This document shows positions 35,073-37,103 of a DNA stretch of 37,103 nucleotides, in pieces. The translations under genes were made by a program, and so were the position numbers. The stretch is from a virus. Under the pieces are notes generated by a model. The model was not told the origin of the DNA and made no database searches. It worked only from the letters and a program-made list of their open reading frames with translations. Within the stretch, counting starts at the first letter, position 1; the number at the start of each line of letters is the position of its first letter. The stretch lies in the UHGV virus genome UHGV-0194471; one strand, 5' to 3'.

Positions 35073-35521
35073 AGCCGGTGTATCTGGCGTTCTATAAAGG
35101 GCGAGCCGATCATCATGGGTTCGCACGTCTTTCCGACTGGCTGACGCGGCTGGTGACGCGGGGTGAGTATTCTCACTGCGAGCTGGCTGTTGACCAGGGT
35201 AACGGCGAGTTTCTTTGTTATTCGTCGTCGGTGCGTGACAAGGGGGTGCGCTGTAAGCAAATGCCGCTGCCACTCGATAAATGGGATCTTATCGCGCTAA
35301 ATGCGCTACCAACCAGTGTGGAGCAGTTCTTCCGTCGAAACGACGCCATGAAATATGACTGGCTGGGGGCTGTGGGATTCGTTGTTTTTAATCGTGGACG
35401 GGAGAACAAATATTTCTGTAGCGAGTTTTGCGCAGATTTTCTTGGACTGGTCGATAGCTGGCGTTATTCACCCAATATGCTCCACGCGCTGGCCAGCAGT
35501 ATTCAGACTATGAAGTTATAA
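35069..35521 (+). CDS. Cys/His-rich protein of unknown function
   Basis: 150 aa with six Cys (YSHCE, FLCYSS, VRCKQ, FCSEFC); ATG 35069 preceded by GGGGTGG and overlapping the upstream stop. Confidence 0.5.
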   Translation: MKPVYLAFYKGRADHHGFARLSDWLTRLVTRGEYSHCELAVDQGNGEFLCYSSSVRDKGVRCKQMPLPLDKWDLIALNALPTSVEQFFRRNDAMKYDWLGAVGFVVFNRGRENKYFCSEFCADFLGLVDSWRYSPNMLHALASSIQTMKL

Positions 35522-35534
35522 GGGAAACAGCGAC

Positions 35535-35621
35535 CAGAGTCAGGCGGTCACCTGACTCTGACCAGCTAACCCGCAGGAAGTGTCTGCGAGCCGCCCAGGG
35601 CTGCCACTGATGGCCATCAGT
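35535..35621 (+). promoter_or_regulatory. Two palindromic elements upstream of the dam gene
   Basis: Hairpin CAGAGTCAGG-cggtca-CCTGACTCTG (35535..35560) and a perfect 16-bp palindrome ACTGATGGCCATCAGT (35606..35621), ~47 bp before the dam ATG. Confidence 0.4.
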
Positions 35622-35667
35622 CCAATAAGCCTAACAGTTTTTCACATACTGAAAAAGGTTTGCAGAA

Positions 35668-36441
35668 ATGAAAACATTACCCATTATTCCGTGGCCCGGC
35701 GGTAAGCGTCGTCTGGCCAAAAAGTTATTACCGTTATTTCCTGAGCACCAGTGTTATGTAGAGCCATTCTGCGGCGGTGCAGCCTTGTATTTCATGAAGG
35801 AGCCGGTTGAAGCTGAAGTCCTGAACGATATCAACGGCGAACTGGTGAATCTGTACCGTGTGGTTAAAAATCATCTTGAAGAGTTTGTGCGCCAGTTCAA
35901 GTGGGCGTTGAGCAGCAGGCAGATTTTTGAATGGTCGAAAATGACCATCCCGGAGACGCTAACTGATATTCAGCGTGCAGCGCGGTTTTATTATCTCCAG
36001 AAGCAATCATTCGGAGGGAAAGTGGAATCACAGACGTATGGAACGGCGACCACTTCTGCACCACGGCTTAATCTGCTAAGGCTGGAAGAGGAGTTGAGCG
36101 CCGCCCATTTGCGGCTATCACGCACGTTTGTAGAACATTTACCGTGGCGTACCTGCATTGAGAAGTATGATCGCCCGCACACACTGTTCTATTGCGATCC
36201 CCCGTATTGGGGAACGGAGGGCTACGGTGTTGAATTTGGACTGGAGCAGTACACCCAACTTGCAGAGTTGGCCAGAACGATAAAAGGCAGGATGTTGATC
36301 AGTGTGAACGATATCCCGGAGATGCGTGAAACCTTTGCGGACTTGTCGATTGATACGGTAGATATTCGCTATACGTTGAGCGGTGGGCCTAATGCTAATC
36401 GCTCGAAAGTCAGCCGTGAGCTGGTCATTCGTAACTGGTAA
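35668..36441 (+). CDS. dam: DNA N6-adenine methyltransferase (Dam-like)
   Basis: FCGGAA (AdoMet-binding motif I-like) and DPPY catalytic motif; 257 aa; last gene before the prophage right end. Confidence 0.8.
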   Translation: MKTLPIIPWPGGKRRLAKKLLPLFPEHQCYVEPFCGGAALYFMKEPVEAEVLNDINGELVNLYRVVKNHLEEFVRQFKWALSSRQIFEWSKMTIPETLTDIQRAARFYYLQKQSFGGKVESQTYGTATTSAPRLNLLRLEEELSAAHLRLSRTFVEHLPWRTCIEKYDRPHTLFYCDPPYWGTEGYGVEFGLEQYTQLAELARTIKGRMLISVNDIPEMRETFADLSIDTVDIRYTLSGGPNANRSKVSRELVIRNW

Positions 36442-36525
36442 AGTGGAATTCTTTTGCAATAGGTGAAAAAAGTCGCAGCGCGATTTATCTCGCAGATTCA
36501 GGCGAATTTATCGCGCGCGGCTTTA
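36442..36525. repeat. Right-end terminal repeats, candidate transposase-binding sites
   Basis: Reverse complement contains GCGATAAATTCGC and GAGATAAATCGCG, matching the GATAAA motifs at the left end at the same offset from the terminus. Confidence 0.4.
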
Positions 36526-36883
36526 TTTTCAGCACCTGTAATAAGCGTGCGGTGTGTTTGGGCGTATAAAGCAGCTGATTAATACAAATTCGCACACGCG
36601 CTTCTATGCCCTGCGAAATAGTATCGATACTGCGTTTAATGGTATGAAAATCATTCAGCAGGTCGGTAGCTTTGCGGAAAAAATAACGCCCGGACTCCGT
36701 TAACTCAATGCTGCGGGTACTGCGAGTGAACAGCACCACATCCAGCCCCGTCTCCATACGTTTAATGGTGTAGCTAATGGCGGAAGTGGTTAAACCCAAC
36801 TCTTCTGCGGCTTTACTGAAGCTGCCAAAACGCGCAGCGGTAGTAAATGCCAACAGATTCTCTTCGGTAAAAATTGAGTTCAT
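36485..36883 (-). pseudogene. 5' portion of host LysR-family regulator gene (HTH domain), fused to prophage-end sequence
   Basis: N-terminal LysR HTH (…FSKAAEELGLTTSAISYTIKRMETGLDVVLFTR…); the host-derived reading frame ends at the junction near 36526 and the last 13 codons (IKPRAINSPESAR) are read from prophage DNA. Confidence 0.7.
36526..36531. repeat. Right copy of target-site duplication (TTTTCA)
   Basis: Identical to 565..570; host LysR sequence resumes here. Confidence 0.7.
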
Positions 36884-37103
36884 TAAACCATTCTCGCCAT
36901 TATCTACTATGAATTTCTCCAGCTATGACTGTAGAGGTATCGGTTAAAGATAGATAATCATTTTTGAATAACTTTTAATACCCGTCGCGTTTAGTCGTCG
37001 CTTCGCTTAATTTTTGTCCGCCATATTCTGAAATTATCCCCACGCAGTTACCCGCCAGAAAACCCAGTAATGTCACCGTCCAGTTCATCCCGCTGGCAAA
37101 AAA

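Larger units (their letters stand above)
571..36525. mobile_element. Mu-family transposable prophage with BcepMu-like gene order; boundaries +/-1 bp
   Basis: DDE transposase, MuB-like ATPase, Ner-like, GemA, Mor-like and Mu-type head/tail genes (F, G, I, T, sheath, tube, N, P, baseplate) in order; interrupts a host gene with a short flanking direct repeat. Confidence 0.85.

Noticed and set aside
571-36525. Gin invertase / invertible G segment and com/mom genes expected from the Mu paradigm
   Set aside because: No invertase-like ORF or inverted-repeat-bounded fibre segment seen; the right end carries a Cys-rich protein and dam instead.
1-37103. tRNA, rRNA or CRISPR arrays
   Set aside because: No cloverleaf-like conserved tRNA features and no regularly spaced direct repeats recognised on either strand.

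Overview
The window is almost entirely one ~36 kb Mu-family transposable prophage (about 571..36525) inserted into a host LysR-type regulator gene. The two halves of that gene lie at 1..570 and 36485..36883 (both minus strand) and the insertion is flanked by a 6-bp direct repeat TTTTCA. Gene order is BcepMu-like rather than Mu-like: a leftward early operon (Ner-like, four unknown genes, DDE transposase, MuB-like ATPase, small accessory genes, GemA, Mor-like activator) and a rightward arm (XRE repressor, three-gene AT-rich accessory island, lysis cassette, terminase, portal, head, tail, tail fibre, Dam methyltransferase). No tRNA, rRNA, CRISPR array or Gin/invertible segment was recognised. The best candidate for an undescribed system is the accessory island at 8558..11393: a lipoprotein, then a YejK/NdpA-like nucleoid-associated protein translationally coupled to a large membrane-anchored protein. 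Other points worth follow-up are a minus-strand membrane-protein gene inside the tail operon, a possible +1 recoding extension of the tail chaperone, ribosome-binding sites buried in hairpins before two late genes, and a Cys-rich protein plus orphan Dam where Mu carries com/mom. All family assignments are from reading the translations and synteny by eye; no database search was run.
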